64,000 bases of DNA, from the NCBI GenBank assembly GCA_963713825.1, contig CAVQNG010000005.1:160001-224000 (forward strand), given 5' to 3'. The stretch's first letter is position 1; each line of letters opens with the position of its first letter. The DNA comes from an uncultured Acidobacteriota bacterium. Its GTDB lineage: Bacteria > Acidobacteriota > Thermoanaerobaculia > Multivoradales > JAHEKO01. The position numbers and the translations under genes were made by a program. Below the pieces are notes generated by a model. That model had not been told where the DNA came from. It saw only the letters and a list, made by a program, of their open reading frames with translations, and made no database searches. This document shows, piece by piece, positions 43,841 to 54,122 of this stretch.

Positions 43841-45610
43841 TCAAGCCTCCTCTGCCAATCGTGTCGGTTCTCCGGGTGTGAGTGGTAGAGCCACCGTAAT
43901 CACGGTGCCTTGCCCGGGCTGGCTGTCGACCGCCAACCGACCTCCATGTTCTTCGACAATCCTGTACACGATAGCCATGCCTATCCCTGAGCCGCCATCG
44001 AAGAAAGAGCGAAACGGGTGGAACATCGTACCGCGCTCTTCGAGGCTCATGCCCCGGCCATCATCAGTGAACCGGATGCAGTACTCCTGGCCTTCAACGC
44101 GGCCGTCGACCTTGAGGCTGCCGCCCCCCGGCATGGCTCGCAGGGAATTGCGGGCCAGGTTCCAGAAGATCTGACTGATCTGGTCCGGATCTGCGATCAG
44201 CGTGACGGACGGAGGTTCGACGACCAGATCCAAATGATGCTGCGGTGAAACCTCTGGACTGTTGATCAGTAGCTGGACATTCTCGTTCAACAAACGGGCG
44301 ATGTCGAAGCGCACGCTCGAGCGCTCTTTGGGACGGGCGAACTGTAGGAAGCTCTTGATCGTCCGGTCCAGCCTCTGACTCTCCTTGAGGATGATGTCGA
44401 GCAGCCGGCGGTGAGCCGAGTCGTCCTCGAGGGCCGTCGTCAGCATCTGCACCGAGCCGGAGATGGCGGCCAGGGGATTGCCGACCTCGTGGGCGATACC
44501 GGAGGCCAGCTCGCCAACGGCGGCAAGTCGCTCTCGGAGTTGCAGCTCGTCCTGCAGCTGGCGCCATTCCGACAGGTCCTGGAAGATGAGAATGAACCCG
44601 GTCCTGGTGCCTTCGGCGTCTGCCAACAGGGTGACGGAGTAGCCGACGTGACGCTCCGAGTCCCCTCGCTGGTAGGTGACCTCGGGCCGAACCCGGCGAT
44701 CCGGGCTGGTGAACTCCTTGATTTCGCTCCATTCCTCTTCGGTGAACAAATGGGTTGCCGCCACCGGCTTGCCGAGCAGAGCTTCGCGGCTCCGGCCGAG
44801 GATGTCCTCCGCCGCCAGATTGACGCTGGTGACAGTGCCCTCGAGATCGCAGGTGATCAGGCCGCTGGGAACGGACTCGACGATGTCACGGTGGATGACC
44901 TGCAGGTCGGCCAGGTCGAGTTGCTTCTCCTGCAGCTCCTGCTCGGCTCGCGAGATGTTCTGAGCCAGACGCGTTGTTAGGTAGGCGACCGTGTAGAAGC
45001 CGAAGATGTGAGTGATGAGGTTGTAGAACAGCCTCCATGCGGGCAGGGAAGTAGCCTGGGCCAGCTCCTGCGGCGCGAGGGTCGAGACAGAGCCAACGAC
45101 AGCTGGGAGGGCTCGGTGCAGGGTCTCTGCCGATGGCGGTATCCAGCCAAAGTACAGCGCGACGACGGTGGCCGCGTAGAGAAAGCTGGCCAACGAAGCA
45201 ACAGCAAAGCCGGTTGCCCGTTGGAATAGAGCCGAAGCGACAATGATGATGATGAAGTAGAGAATTGAAAAGGGACTTGCGACTCCGCCGAAGTAGTACA
45301 CCATGCCGGTGATCAGAAGCAGGTCACCGACGAACTGGATGAGGGCTTGCGCTCTCCAATGTCCGTGCAGCAGCTTCAGCAGGGCAATGTAGATGAGGCT
45401 GGCGCCATAGGTGAGACCCGCTAGCAGGTAGAGGAAGGAGAACTCTCGGCTCTCTTCGGCGGAGGCGAGCTGCAGGAGAAAATAGGGCAGCACCACGCTG
45501 GTGATGACCACCAGTCGAATTCCGATCATCCAGCGCAGCTGGCGCTCCAGCGCCACGAGGCTCTGAGGAGACTTGGAGTCGGGCTGCGCCGAACTGCCCA
45601 CGTTCGTCAT
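43841..45610 (-). CDS. pilS: Sensor histidine kinase PilS
   Basis: Six-TM PilS-type N-terminus, PAS domain, AHEVGNPL H-box, GSGIGM G-box. Confidence 0.9.
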   Translation of the reverse strand: MTNVGSSAQPDSKSPQSLVALERQLRWMIGIRLVVITSVVLPYFLLQLASAEESREFSFLYLLAGLTYGASLIYIALLKLLHGHWRAQALIQFVGDLLLITGMVYYFGGVASPFSILYFIIIIVASALFQRATGFAVASLASFLYAATVVALYFGWIPPSAETLHRALPAVVGSVSTLAPQELAQATSLPAWRLFYNLITHIFGFYTVAYLTTRLAQNISRAEQELQEKQLDLADLQVIHRDIVESVPSGLITCDLEGTVTSVNLAAEDILGRSREALLGKPVAATHLFTEEEWSEIKEFTSPDRRVRPEVTYQRGDSERHVGYSVTLLADAEGTRTGFILIFQDLSEWRQLQDELQLRERLAAVGELASGIAHEVGNPLAAISGSVQMLTTALEDDSAHRRLLDIILKESQRLDRTIKSFLQFARPKERSSVRFDIARLLNENVQLLINSPEVSPQHHLDLVVEPPSVTLIADPDQISQIFWNLARNSLRAMPGGGSLKVDGRVEGQEYCIRFTDDGRGMSLEERGTMFHPFRSFFDGGSGIGMAIVYRIVEEHGGRLAVDSQPGQGTVITVALPLTPGEPTRLAEEA

Positions 45611-45677
45611 GAGAGAAGTGTCACTGCAGTAGGTGATTCCGAGATTCGTCCGAGGTCGATTCTAGCTTGAAACCACC

Positions 45678-45720
45678 AAACAAAAACCCGGGTTCCGGCT
45701 GAAGATACCGAAACCCGGGT
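45678..45720 (-). terminator. Intrinsic terminator after pilC
   Basis: ACCCGGGTTTCGG...CCGGAACCCGGGT followed by a T-rich tract on the minus strand. Confidence 0.7.
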
Positions 45721-45762
45721 GGAGAATCTCTTGCGTTTGCCGATTGTCGGGCGCCCTGTTGC

Positions 45763-46965
45763 TCAGATCTGTCCCAGAATCGTGTACAGGGGCAGGTACA
45801 TGGCGGTAACGATGACGCCGATAATCCCACCCAGGACCACGATCATCAGGGGCTCGATCAGCTTGACCAGGCCGGCGACCGCTGTGTCCACTTCCTCTTC
45901 GTAGAAGTCAGCGATCTTGGAGAGCATCTGATCGAGAGCACCGGTCTGCTCACCCACGTTGATCATCTGCACGACCATTGTCGGGAAGACTCCGGTCTCG
46001 CCCAAGGGAGCGCTGATCGTCTTACCCTCTTCGACAGCCTTGCGGACTGCCATGATGGCGTCTTGAATGATGGTGTTGCCGGAGGTCTTGGCGGTGATCT
46101 CCAACCCGTCGAGGATGGGCACACCTGATGACGTCAGCGTTGCCAGGGTACGGCAGAACCGCGCTACCGCGATCTTCCGCAGCAGCATACCGATCACGGG
46201 TATCTTGAGCAGCAGGCCATCGAGCACGCGCGCTCCACGCTCGGTCTTGTGCCAAGCCCGAAGCGCCCAGATGACGATACCTATCCCTATGATGATCAGC
46301 CAGGAGTAGCGTCCTACCCACTTGCTCGCGGCCACAACCACCTGCGTCAGCATGGGTAGCTCTCCGCCCAGGCCGGCGAACAGCTGGGCAAATACTGGAA
46401 TCACTTTCCAGAGGATGATCCACACCACGACGAGGGCGATCGAAATCACGGTCGAGGGGTAGATCAGGGCCGATTTGACCTGCCCTTTCAGCTTTACGGC
46501 CTTTTCCATGTAGGTCGAAAGTCGCTGCAGAATGACATCGAGAATACCGCCGGCTTCACCAGCCGCCACCATGTTCACGTACAGGTCGTCGAAAGCCGCC
46601 GGGTGCTTCTTCATGGCGTCGGCCAGCGAGGCGCCGGATTCCACGTCGGTGCGGACCTGCCCGATGATCTCCTGGAAGCGCTTGTGCTCCTGTTGCTCGC
46701 CCAGGATCTCCAGGCACTGCACCAGAGGCAGACCGGCGTCGAGCATGACCGAGAACTGTCGGGTGAAGATCGCGACGCGCTTCTCCCCGATGTGAATCGG
46801 GAACTTGGGTAGGAGTGGAAACTCCTTGCCCTTCTCGCGGATCGAAGTTACCTGGATCTGCTGACGTCGGAGCGTCGCTACCGCAGCGTCGCGGGTGTCG
46901 GCCAGCAAGACACCTTCCTGGAATTGACCCGCTCGACCTTTGCCTTTCCAAACGAAACTCGGCAT
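45763..46965 (-). CDS. pilC: Type IV pilus platform protein PilC (T2SS F family)
   Basis: FTRQFSVMLDAGLPL, AGEAGGILD, GEQTGALDQML, EPLMIV, AMYLP. Confidence 0.95.
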   Translation of the reverse strand: MPSFVWKGKGRAGQFQEGVLLADTRDAAVATLRRQQIQVTSIREKGKEFPLLPKFPIHIGEKRVAIFTRQFSVMLDAGLPLVQCLEILGEQQEHKRFQEIIGQVRTDVESGASLADAMKKHPAAFDDLYVNMVAAGEAGGILDVILQRLSTYMEKAVKLKGQVKSALIYPSTVISIALVVVWIILWKVIPVFAQLFAGLGGELPMLTQVVVAASKWVGRYSWLIIIGIGIVIWALRAWHKTERGARVLDGLLLKIPVIGMLLRKIAVARFCRTLATLTSSGVPILDGLEITAKTSGNTIIQDAIMAVRKAVEEGKTISAPLGETGVFPTMVVQMINVGEQTGALDQMLSKIADFYEEEVDTAVAGLVKLIEPLMIVVLGGIIGVIVTAMYLPLYTILGQI

Positions 46966-46969
46966 CGAC

Positions 46970-48088
46970 TCAGCTCCTTACGGGGGCTCTGGGATTGATC
47001 AGAGCCGGATTTAGGGCCCCGGCGCCGCGGGCGATGATTTCCTGTAACTCGTCCGGGTAGGAGGACCGGGCCATGGCTGTCTGTAGGCTGATCTGGCGCC
47101 GGAAGTAGAGCGCCGCCAGCGCTTGATTGAACGTCTGCATCCCGAACTTCGCCTGACCTGCCTGCATCATGCCGTAGACCTGATGAATCTTGTCTTCGCG
47201 AATCAGGTTACGAATGGCGGTCGTCGGAATCATGATCTCCATCGCCAGCACTCGACCCTTGCCACTGGCCTTGTGGAGCAGGGATTGACAGAGAATGCCC
47301 TGCAGCACGAAGGAGAGCTGGACCCGTACCTGCGCCTGCTGATGAGGCGGGAAGACGTCGATGATTCGGTTGATCGTTTCGGCCGCCGAGTTGGTGTGCA
47401 GGGTGGCGAAGGTCAGATGGCCGGTCTCCGCGACCCGCAGGGCAGCTTCGACCGTCTCGTAGTCACGCATCTCGCCGATCAGCACGACATCGGGATCCTG
47501 GCGCAACACCGATTTCAGGGCGTTTGCGAAGCTGTGGGTGTCGGCCAACAACTCCCGCTGATTGACGATGCAGTTCTTGTGGCTGTGGAGGTACTCGACC
47601 GGGTCCTCGATGGTAACGATGTGCTCGTGACGCTCGGAATTGACGCGGTCGAGCATGGCGGCCAATGTGGTCGATTTACCCGAGCCTGTGGGGCCTGTAC
47701 AGAGCACCAACCCTCGTGGCTTCTTGCAAAGTGCCTCCACGATTGGCGGTAGGCCCAGCTCTCTGAAGCCGCGAATCTCGTAGGGAATCTGCCGGAAAGC
47801 CGCGGCGATGGCGCCCCGCTGATGAAAGACGTTGGCGCGAAACCTAGCCAGACCCTTGATGCCGAAAGAGAAATCGAGCTCGAGGTTCTCTTCGAGTCGC
47901 TGCTTCTGTTTGTCGGTCAGGATCGAGTAGGCGATCTGTTTTGTGTCGGAAGGATTGAGCGGGGGAGAGTTCAACGGCCGGAGCTGCCCGTCGACGCGAA
48001 CCTGGGGCGGTGAGTTGGTCGTCAGATGGAGGTCTGAAGCCCCCTGATCCACCATGGTCTTCAGCATGGAATTCAGAGTCGGTGGCAT
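46970..48088 (-). CDS. pilT: Type IV pilus retraction ATPase PilT
   Basis: GASDLH, GPTGSGKST, TIEDPVE, LRQDPD, AIRNLIRE. Confidence 0.97.
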   Translation of the reverse strand: MPPTLNSMLKTMVDQGASDLHLTTNSPPQVRVDGQLRPLNSPPLNPSDTKQIAYSILTDKQKQRLEENLELDFSFGIKGLARFRANVFHQRGAIAAAFRQIPYEIRGFRELGLPPIVEALCKKPRGLVLCTGPTGSGKSTTLAAMLDRVNSERHEHIVTIEDPVEYLHSHKNCIVNQRELLADTHSFANALKSVLRQDPDVVLIGEMRDYETVEAALRVAETGHLTFATLHTNSAAETINRIIDVFPPHQQAQVRVQLSFVLQGILCQSLLHKASGKGRVLAMEIMIPTTAIRNLIREDKIHQVYGMMQAGQAKFGMQTFNQALAALYFRRQISLQTAMARSSYPDELQEIIARGAGALNPALINPRAPVRS

Positions 48089-48262
48089 CGCAGCTCCCCT
48101 AAGTTATGTCGGCAGAAGACGTTGCGTCAGTTTATATCATCACGCTTCGACCTCAACTGTGGTAAACGTCACAGATGGGATCGTCACGAGCACAAGGGCT
48201 GTTGCACCGACGATTGTAGTCACAGGTTTACCTCGGGTCTATGGCTTTTGGCACTGCCAGAG

Positions 48263-48844
48263 CTACTCACCAGCCTCGTCAGAGATTTCGGCTGAATCGG
48301 GTGACTCCAGTCCTTCGATTTCACCGAGTAGCTCAGCGAGTTGCTGCATCCGTTCCTTGCCCTCGCCTTCCGGATAGACAAAGGAGACGGTGAGCAGCCG
48401 ACTCTGGATGGGATGGAGGGCAAAGACCCGGATTTCCCCGACTCTTCCGTCCTCTCGGTCGTAGGCTCCTCGTGCCGTGAAAGCGGAGCCGAATGGAGCC
48501 ACCAGCTCGAGGTTGCCGAAGTACTGACCGTTGCCCATCGACTCGAAATACTGCTGAGAGGCCTTGGCTTCGGCTGGCAAATTGATGGCAGTGGATCCTG
48601 CCGGTCCGACACCGATTGCGACACTGCCGGCACCATTCAATCCCGGCGCCGTCAGACGGAGATCGGAGCCCTGATTCACGACGACCTCGAAGGCTGACGG
48701 TAGGGCAGCGATGGCGATACCGAGATCGGGATTCTCGACTCGCTCGGGCGCGGCTGGCGCTGGCTCGGGTTTCTGGCATGCCGCACTCAGCAAGGCCATC
48801 GAGCCTGCGAAGAGTACCGCTGTGTGGCTGGGAAGTCGGATCAT
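48263..48844 (-). CDS. Hypothetical lipoprotein
   Basis: LSAAC lipobox; globular composition. Confidence 0.7.
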   Translation of the reverse strand: MIRLPSHTAVLFAGSMALLSAACQKPEPAPAAPERVENPDLGIAIAALPSAFEVVVNQGSDLRLTAPGLNGAGSVAIGVGPAGSTAINLPAEAKASQQYFESMGNGQYFGNLELVAPFGSAFTARGAYDREDGRVGEIRVFALHPIQSRLLTVSFVYPEGEGKERMQQLAELLGEIEGLESPDSAEISDEAGE

Positions 48845-48949
48845 GGTAGAGACCTTTCCATCGCGAGGGTTGTTAGTGCGAAGACTGATTCTTCAGGATC
48901 TCCAGCCAATCGGCAACCGCTTTGAATGAGAAACTCGAACGAGCGGCGG

Positions 48950-50863
48950 CTAGCTCAGGTAGGCCTCCAGCAGCTGGCCGGCGATGGACATGAAGTCCCG
49001 CTCCGTGACGATGCCCACCAGGCGCGTCCTCTTGTCGATGACCGGAAGGCAGCTCACCCTTCGGTCTCGCATCAACCGGATGGCCTCGAGCGTCGACATC
49101 GTTGGACTGGCCGTTACCAGGTCGGTCTTCATGATCTCACTGACGGGAACCGGGCTTTGCTCCTGGCCGGGGGTGTTGTCGGCAAGGAGCCTCAAGAGCG
49201 AGCGGTGGGTGACCAGGCCGACGAGCCGGTGGAGGTTGTCCTCGACCGGTACATGGCGGATGTGATGCCAGTTCATGACACAGGCAACAATGTCCACCAA
49301 CTCGTCCTGATTGACAGTGAACAAATCGGTCGTCATCAACTGACCGACCCGCAGGTGATGCTTCTTGCCATCCCCGGCTTCCTCGAGGGATGCCAGCTCC
49401 CAGGTGTGGACCGGTTGCTCGGTTCGTTGCCGGCTCACCGTCGCCGCGACGAGGGCGGTCAGACACTCGGCCGGCGAACCATCGCACTTCATGCGGTCAT
49501 AGGAGTCCACCTGCCATTGAGAACCAGTCCGAAGGCTACTGACTCTCTCTTCGACAACCCCCAGATACCGATCGATATCGGAGGAGTCGGTGTCGAGATC
49601 CTGCAGTCCCTGCCGGGCGATCGGTAAGAGCTCGACCAGGAGGAGCTGCTGGGCTGGGATGTTGCCTCTGTCTGGCCAGCTCAAATGCGCTCCCAGGCCG
49701 AGCCGGGCGGCCGCAACGAAGTTCTCCCGTGCGACTTCGAACTCCATGACCTCGGTGACATCCGGGTACAGAGTGGAGACTCCATTCAGCAAACCGAACC
49801 AGAGGGCGGCGTTGGCGACCTCGTCGAGTGGAGTTGGGCCGGCCGGCAGAATTCGGTTTTCGATGCGCAGATGGGCCTTGTCTCCCGAGATTCCATAGCA
49901 GGGCCGGTTCCACCGATAGATGGTGCCGTTGTGCAGGCGTAGTGCTTGGAGTCGAGGCGCCACCCCTCGGGCCATGACCTCGAAGGGATCTTCGTCCACG
50001 TCGGTGCTCATGAGAACGCGGAAGCGCGAAATGTCCTCTTTGAAGATCTCGACGACCGACTCGTCTACCCACCGCCGCCCGAAACTCACTCGTGGGCTCT
50101 GCATCCTGAGATGCCCGGCTGGCGAACGGGTATCGATGGACTGCTGAAAGAGCGCGATGCGGGTCTCCCGCCAGAGTTGCCTGCCGAAAAGCATGGGGGA
50201 GTTCGTGGTCGCCGCCAAGACAGGAGCAGCCACCGCTTGAGCAGTGTTGTAGAGACGGGCAAAGTTCTCGGGCTTGACCTGAAAGTGAACCTGGAAGCTG
50301 GTGTTACAGGACTCGAGCATGACGTTGTCATGCGTGACGTTGATCTCGTCGCGGCCTTTGAGGTGCAGGTGATAGCGTCCACCGCGCAACCGGGTCATCG
50401 CTTCGTTGAGGGCGAAGTACCGTGCCCGTGGCGTCATGTTGTCGAGGGAGAGGTCGGCCTTGTCGAGAGTAGGGAGAATCCCGCACAGAACGACTTCCGT
50501 GTCCAGTTCTTCTGCGGCCAGACGGGCCTTGTGGAGCAGCACGGTGAGCTGCCGTTCCATCTCCCGCAAAGAAGTGCCACCGAGCGTGATCGGGTCGAGG
50601 TTGCACTCCATGTTGAAGCGACCCAGCTCGGTCGTGAAGTGGGGATCGTCGATGCGCTCGAGCAGCTCGGTGGCGACCGGTGCCGGGCGCCAATCTCGAT
50701 CGACGAGGAACATCTCCTGCTCGGCCCCGATACGTCGCACTTTGGTCTCGAAGAGGCCATTCTCGAGCATTGTCTCGAGAGCCCGAAGGTCTGTGAGGAG
50801 CTTGCGGCTGAACAGGCGGAGCTGCTCGGCGTCGAACTGGTTCTTGACTTTCTGCTCGCCCAT
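48950..50863 (-). CDS. Glutamate-cysteine ligase family (GCS2-like) protein fused to a CBS pair
   Basis: IGAEQEMFLVD, SFQVHFQV, HNGTIYRWNRP, HLRIENR; two C-terminal CBS domains. Confidence 0.87.
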   Translation of the reverse strand: MGEQKVKNQFDAEQLRLFSRKLLTDLRALETMLENGLFETKVRRIGAEQEMFLVDRDWRPAPVATELLERIDDPHFTTELGRFNMECNLDPITLGGTSLREMERQLTVLLHKARLAAEELDTEVVLCGILPTLDKADLSLDNMTPRARYFALNEAMTRLRGGRYHLHLKGRDEINVTHDNVMLESCNTSFQVHFQVKPENFARLYNTAQAVAAPVLAATTNSPMLFGRQLWRETRIALFQQSIDTRSPAGHLRMQSPRVSFGRRWVDESVVEIFKEDISRFRVLMSTDVDEDPFEVMARGVAPRLQALRLHNGTIYRWNRPCYGISGDKAHLRIENRILPAGPTPLDEVANAALWFGLLNGVSTLYPDVTEVMEFEVARENFVAAARLGLGAHLSWPDRGNIPAQQLLLVELLPIARQGLQDLDTDSSDIDRYLGVVEERVSSLRTGSQWQVDSYDRMKCDGSPAECLTALVAATVSRQRTEQPVHTWELASLEEAGDGKKHHLRVGQLMTTDLFTVNQDELVDIVACVMNWHHIRHVPVEDNLHRLVGLVTHRSLLRLLADNTPGQEQSPVPVSEIMKTDLVTASPTMSTLEAIRLMRDRRVSCLPVIDKRTRLVGIVTERDFMSIAGQLLEAYLS

Positions 50864-51061
50864 CGGACCTCACCGCGGGGGGACCCGAGCAGCCCTAGGG
50901 GGAGCGCTCCCTCCCGCCGCCAGGCTGCTTCGGGGACCGGAACCGCAACTGATCGATTGCTCGAGGATTTTACGCCGACGGGGCACCACCGGCAAATCCG
51001 ATGGTGCCCCGTGAGTGTTTGAGACTGGCTCGGCCCGAGGCGATCGGGCCGAGATGCGAGA

Positions 51062-52501
51062 TCAAGCCGCGGCGATCAGGCTCTTGACCTCACTGACGAT
51101 CTCCTGCAAGACCTTCTTGGCATCGCCGAAGATCATCATGTTGTTGTCGTACTCGAAAAGCTCGTTCTTGATGCCCGCGAAGCCGGGACTCAAGGAGCGC
51201 TTGATCATCATGACCGACTGAGCCTCCCAGACCTGCAGGACCGGCATTCCAGCGATGGGACTCGTCGGGTCCTTCTCCGCAGCAGGGTTCACTACGTCGT
51301 TGGCACCAACGACGAGCACGGCGTCGGTCTGCTTGAATTCCGGATTGATGGTGTCCATTTCGATCAACTGCTCGTAAGGGACATCGGCTTCGGCCAGCAG
51401 AACATTCATGTGGCCAGGCATCCGGCCCGCTACCGGGTGAATCGCATAGGAGACCTTGACGCCGCGCTTCTGCAGCAGATCCGCCAGCTCTTTGACTGTG
51501 TGCTGCGCCTGCGCCACCGCCAGACCGTAGCCCGGCACGATGACCAGCGATTCGACGGTCTCCAACACCATGGCCGCCTCCTCGGGACTGTAGGAGCGGA
51601 CGGTGCCGTATTCTCCGGCATCCGCTGACCCGCCCTCTTGACCGAAACCGGAGAACAGCACGTTGCTGAGAGTCCGGTTCATGGCCACGCACATGATCTG
51701 CGTCAGGATCAATCCGGAGGCTCCGACCAGGGCACCGCTGATGATCAGCACGTTGTTGCTCAGCACGAAGCCCGTCATGGCGGCGGCGAGACCCGAGAGT
51801 GAGTTCAAGAACGAGATGATCACCGGCATGTCGGCGCCACCAATCGGGATCACCAGCAGCACTCCGAGAATGAGGCTGATGGCGGTTGCCACCAAGGCAC
51901 CCATGACCATGGTGGAAGGCTCGGTGCTGAAGAACCCGATGTAGATACCCGCGGCCAGACAGCCCAGGAAGAACAGTCCGTTGATGACGTGTCGAGCCGG
52001 CAGTAGCGTCGGTTGACCACCGATCTTGCCGCTCAGCTTCAAGAAAGCCACGAAACTGCCCGTCAGTGTGATCGAACCGATGAGGATCGAAAGAAAAGCG
52101 GTGACGGCGGAGGCGCCACCTAGCGCTTCGGCTGCTGATCCTGCGAAGGCAGGCTCGATGAGTGCCTTCCAAACGATGGAGAGGGCCACAAGGGCAGACG
52201 CTCCACCGCCGAAACCGTTGAACAGAGCGACCATCTCGGGCATCGAAGTCATCTCGACTTTGATCGCCGCAATGCCGCCGATCAGGCCACCGATGATGAG
52301 ACCGGCGATGATCCACTGGTAGTCCACGACTCCGAGGTCCAGCAGGGTCGTCACGATGGCGATGAGCATCGCCAGCGCCGCCAGGGCGTTGCCGCGGCGC
52401 GCGGAGCGCACGCGTGTCAGGCCTTTGAGCCCGAAGATGAAGAGCACTGCCGACAGCAGATAGAGAACTGGGACGATGATGTTGTTCAGAACGTCGTTCA
52501 T
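51062..52501 (-). CDS. pntB: NAD(P) transhydrogenase subunit beta
   Basis: IGGADMPV, PGYGLAVAQAQH, HPVAGRMPGHMNVLLAEA, GANDVVNP. Confidence 0.97.
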   Translation of the reverse strand: MNDVLNNIIVPVLYLLSAVLFIFGLKGLTRVRSARRGNALAALAMLIAIVTTLLDLGVVDYQWIIAGLIIGGLIGGIAAIKVEMTSMPEMVALFNGFGGGASALVALSIVWKALIEPAFAGSAAEALGGASAVTAFLSILIGSITLTGSFVAFLKLSGKIGGQPTLLPARHVINGLFFLGCLAAGIYIGFFSTEPSTMVMGALVATAISLILGVLLVIPIGGADMPVIISFLNSLSGLAAAMTGFVLSNNVLIISGALVGASGLILTQIMCVAMNRTLSNVLFSGFGQEGGSADAGEYGTVRSYSPEEAAMVLETVESLVIVPGYGLAVAQAQHTVKELADLLQKRGVKVSYAIHPVAGRMPGHMNVLLAEADVPYEQLIEMDTINPEFKQTDAVLVVGANDVVNPAAEKDPTSPIAGMPVLQVWEAQSVMMIKRSLSPGFAGIKNELFEYDNNMMIFGDAKKVLQEIVSEVKSLIAAA

Positions 52502-52791
52502 GACTTGGCCTTCTTCTTGCTGAACATGCCCAGCATGCGATCGGTGACCAGGAAGCCGCCCACCACGTTGATGGTGGCGAAGATAATCGCGACGAAGGCG
52601 AGGATGCTGCTCATGATGATTTCCCCGCTACTCGCTGCGGCGATGGAGCCCACCAAGGTGATTCCGGAGATGGCGTTGGCTCCCGACATCAGGGGCGTGT
52701 GAAGCGTCGGTGGGATCTTCGTGATGATCTCGAAACCGACGAAACACGCCAAAACAAAGACATAGATGCCTACCAGAAGGGGTCCCATCAT
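52498..52791 (-). CDS. pntA: NAD(P) transhydrogenase subunit alpha, part 2
   Basis: PTLHTPLMSGANAISG, NVVGGFLVTDRML. Confidence 0.95.
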   Translation of the reverse strand: MMGPLLVGIYVFVLACFVGFEIITKIPPTLHTPLMSGANAISGITLVGSIAAASSGEIIMSSILAFVAIIFATINVVGGFLVTDRMLGMFSKKKAKS

Positions 52792-53930
52792 GACTGTTCT
52801 CCTCGCAGCTTCTCAGCCGTGGGTGCATGGGCAACTTCGCCTGCATGGGTCAGCAGGCTGCCGGCCACGACTTCGTCCTCTAGATCGATCTGAATGGCCT
52901 CGTCCTTCATCATGCCCTGAAGTAGAGCCAGAACATTGCGCGCGTAGACCATGCTCGCGTCGTGAGACATGGTGGTGGCGAGATTCACAGGTCCGAGAAT
53001 CAGCACGCCGTTGTGGACGACCTCTTCTCCGGCCCGGGAGACCTCGCAGTTACCCCCCTGCTCGGCTGCCAGGTCGACGACCACTGCCCCTGGTCGCATG
53101 GCATTCAACATGTCGAGGGTCAGCAGTCGTGGCGCCTGTTTGCCAGGCACCTGGGCCGTGGTGATGACCACATCCGCAGCACCGACGTGCTCGGTGAGAA
53201 TCTCTCTTTGTCGCCGCAGGAAGTCCTCGCCCATCTCCTTGGCGTAACCGCCGGTTCCTTCGCCGGTCTCCTCGAACGGCAAGTCGATGAATCGACCGCC
53301 CAGCGACTCGACCTGTTCCTTGACGGCTGGCCGAATGTCCGAGACCTCCACCACTGCACCCAGACGCTTGGCGGTTGCCACAGCCTGAAGGCCGGCGACG
53401 CCTGCACCCATGATGACGACTCTGGCCGGCGGAATGGTGCCAGCCGCGGTCATCAGCAGCGGAAAGTACCGGCTCAGCCGGCTCGCTGCCAGGATGACGG
53501 CCTTGTATCCGGCGATGTTGGCCTGCGACGAAAGCGCATCCATGGACTGAGCGCGAGTGATGCGCGGCACCAGTTCCATAGCCAGCGATGTGATGCGCTG
53601 CGAAGCCAATTGGCGAACCATCTCGGATTCGCGGTAGGGGTCGAGGAGCCCGACGACAATGGCTTCCGGCTTCAGGGCCTCGATCTCGTTGGTCGCCAGT
53701 GGCCCGACCTTGAGAACGACATCCGCGTCGCCCCAGGCAGATGCGTCGTTCGAGACGATCTTGCCACCGACCTCCTCATAGCCTGTATCCGGCAAGTACG
53801 AAGCCTCGCCGGCGCCGGCTTCGATCGTGACTTCGAAGCCGTCCTTGATGAGTCGTTTGACTGTCTCTGGTGTTGCTGCCACGCGAGTTTCACCCGCGCG
53901 TGTCTCTTTCGGAATCAGAATTTTCGCCAT
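52788..53930 (-). CDS. pntA: NAD(P) transhydrogenase subunit alpha, part 1
   Basis: ETRVAATP, RITRAQSMDALSSQ, GAGVAGLQA, DLAAEQGGNC. Confidence 0.96.
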   Translation of the reverse strand: MAKILIPKETRAGETRVAATPETVKRLIKDGFEVTIEAGAGEASYLPDTGYEEVGGKIVSNDASAWGDADVVLKVGPLATNEIEALKPEAIVVGLLDPYRESEMVRQLASQRITSLAMELVPRITRAQSMDALSSQANIAGYKAVILAASRLSRYFPLLMTAAGTIPPARVVIMGAGVAGLQAVATAKRLGAVVEVSDIRPAVKEQVESLGGRFIDLPFEETGEGTGGYAKEMGEDFLRRQREILTEHVGAADVVITTAQVPGKQAPRLLTLDMLNAMRPGAVVVDLAAEQGGNCEVSRAGEEVVHNGVLILGPVNLATTMSHDASMVYARNVLALLQGMMKDEAIQIDLEDEVVAGSLLTHAGEVAHAPTAEKLRGEQS

Positions 53931-54122
53931 TTTCCCAGGGGGTTGTCGGTCGTTCGACCGGAGTGGAAGATGAAGCACCCGCCGCCACCCGAAATCCTCT
54001 TGCAACGGCCATCACATGTCAAGGCCCAAGCAGCGGAAACCGGGGTCGGATCTCGAGAGATCAGAAGCGCTGGTAGGAGGGTGGGAATTGGTCGGCGCCC
54101 TGGCGAGTTATCGTTCAATGAC

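Noticed and set aside
52962-54122. N-terminal 387 codons of the 523-aa ORF
   Set aside because: Antisense shadow of pntA; only the DCC1 domain from ATG 54123 is credible
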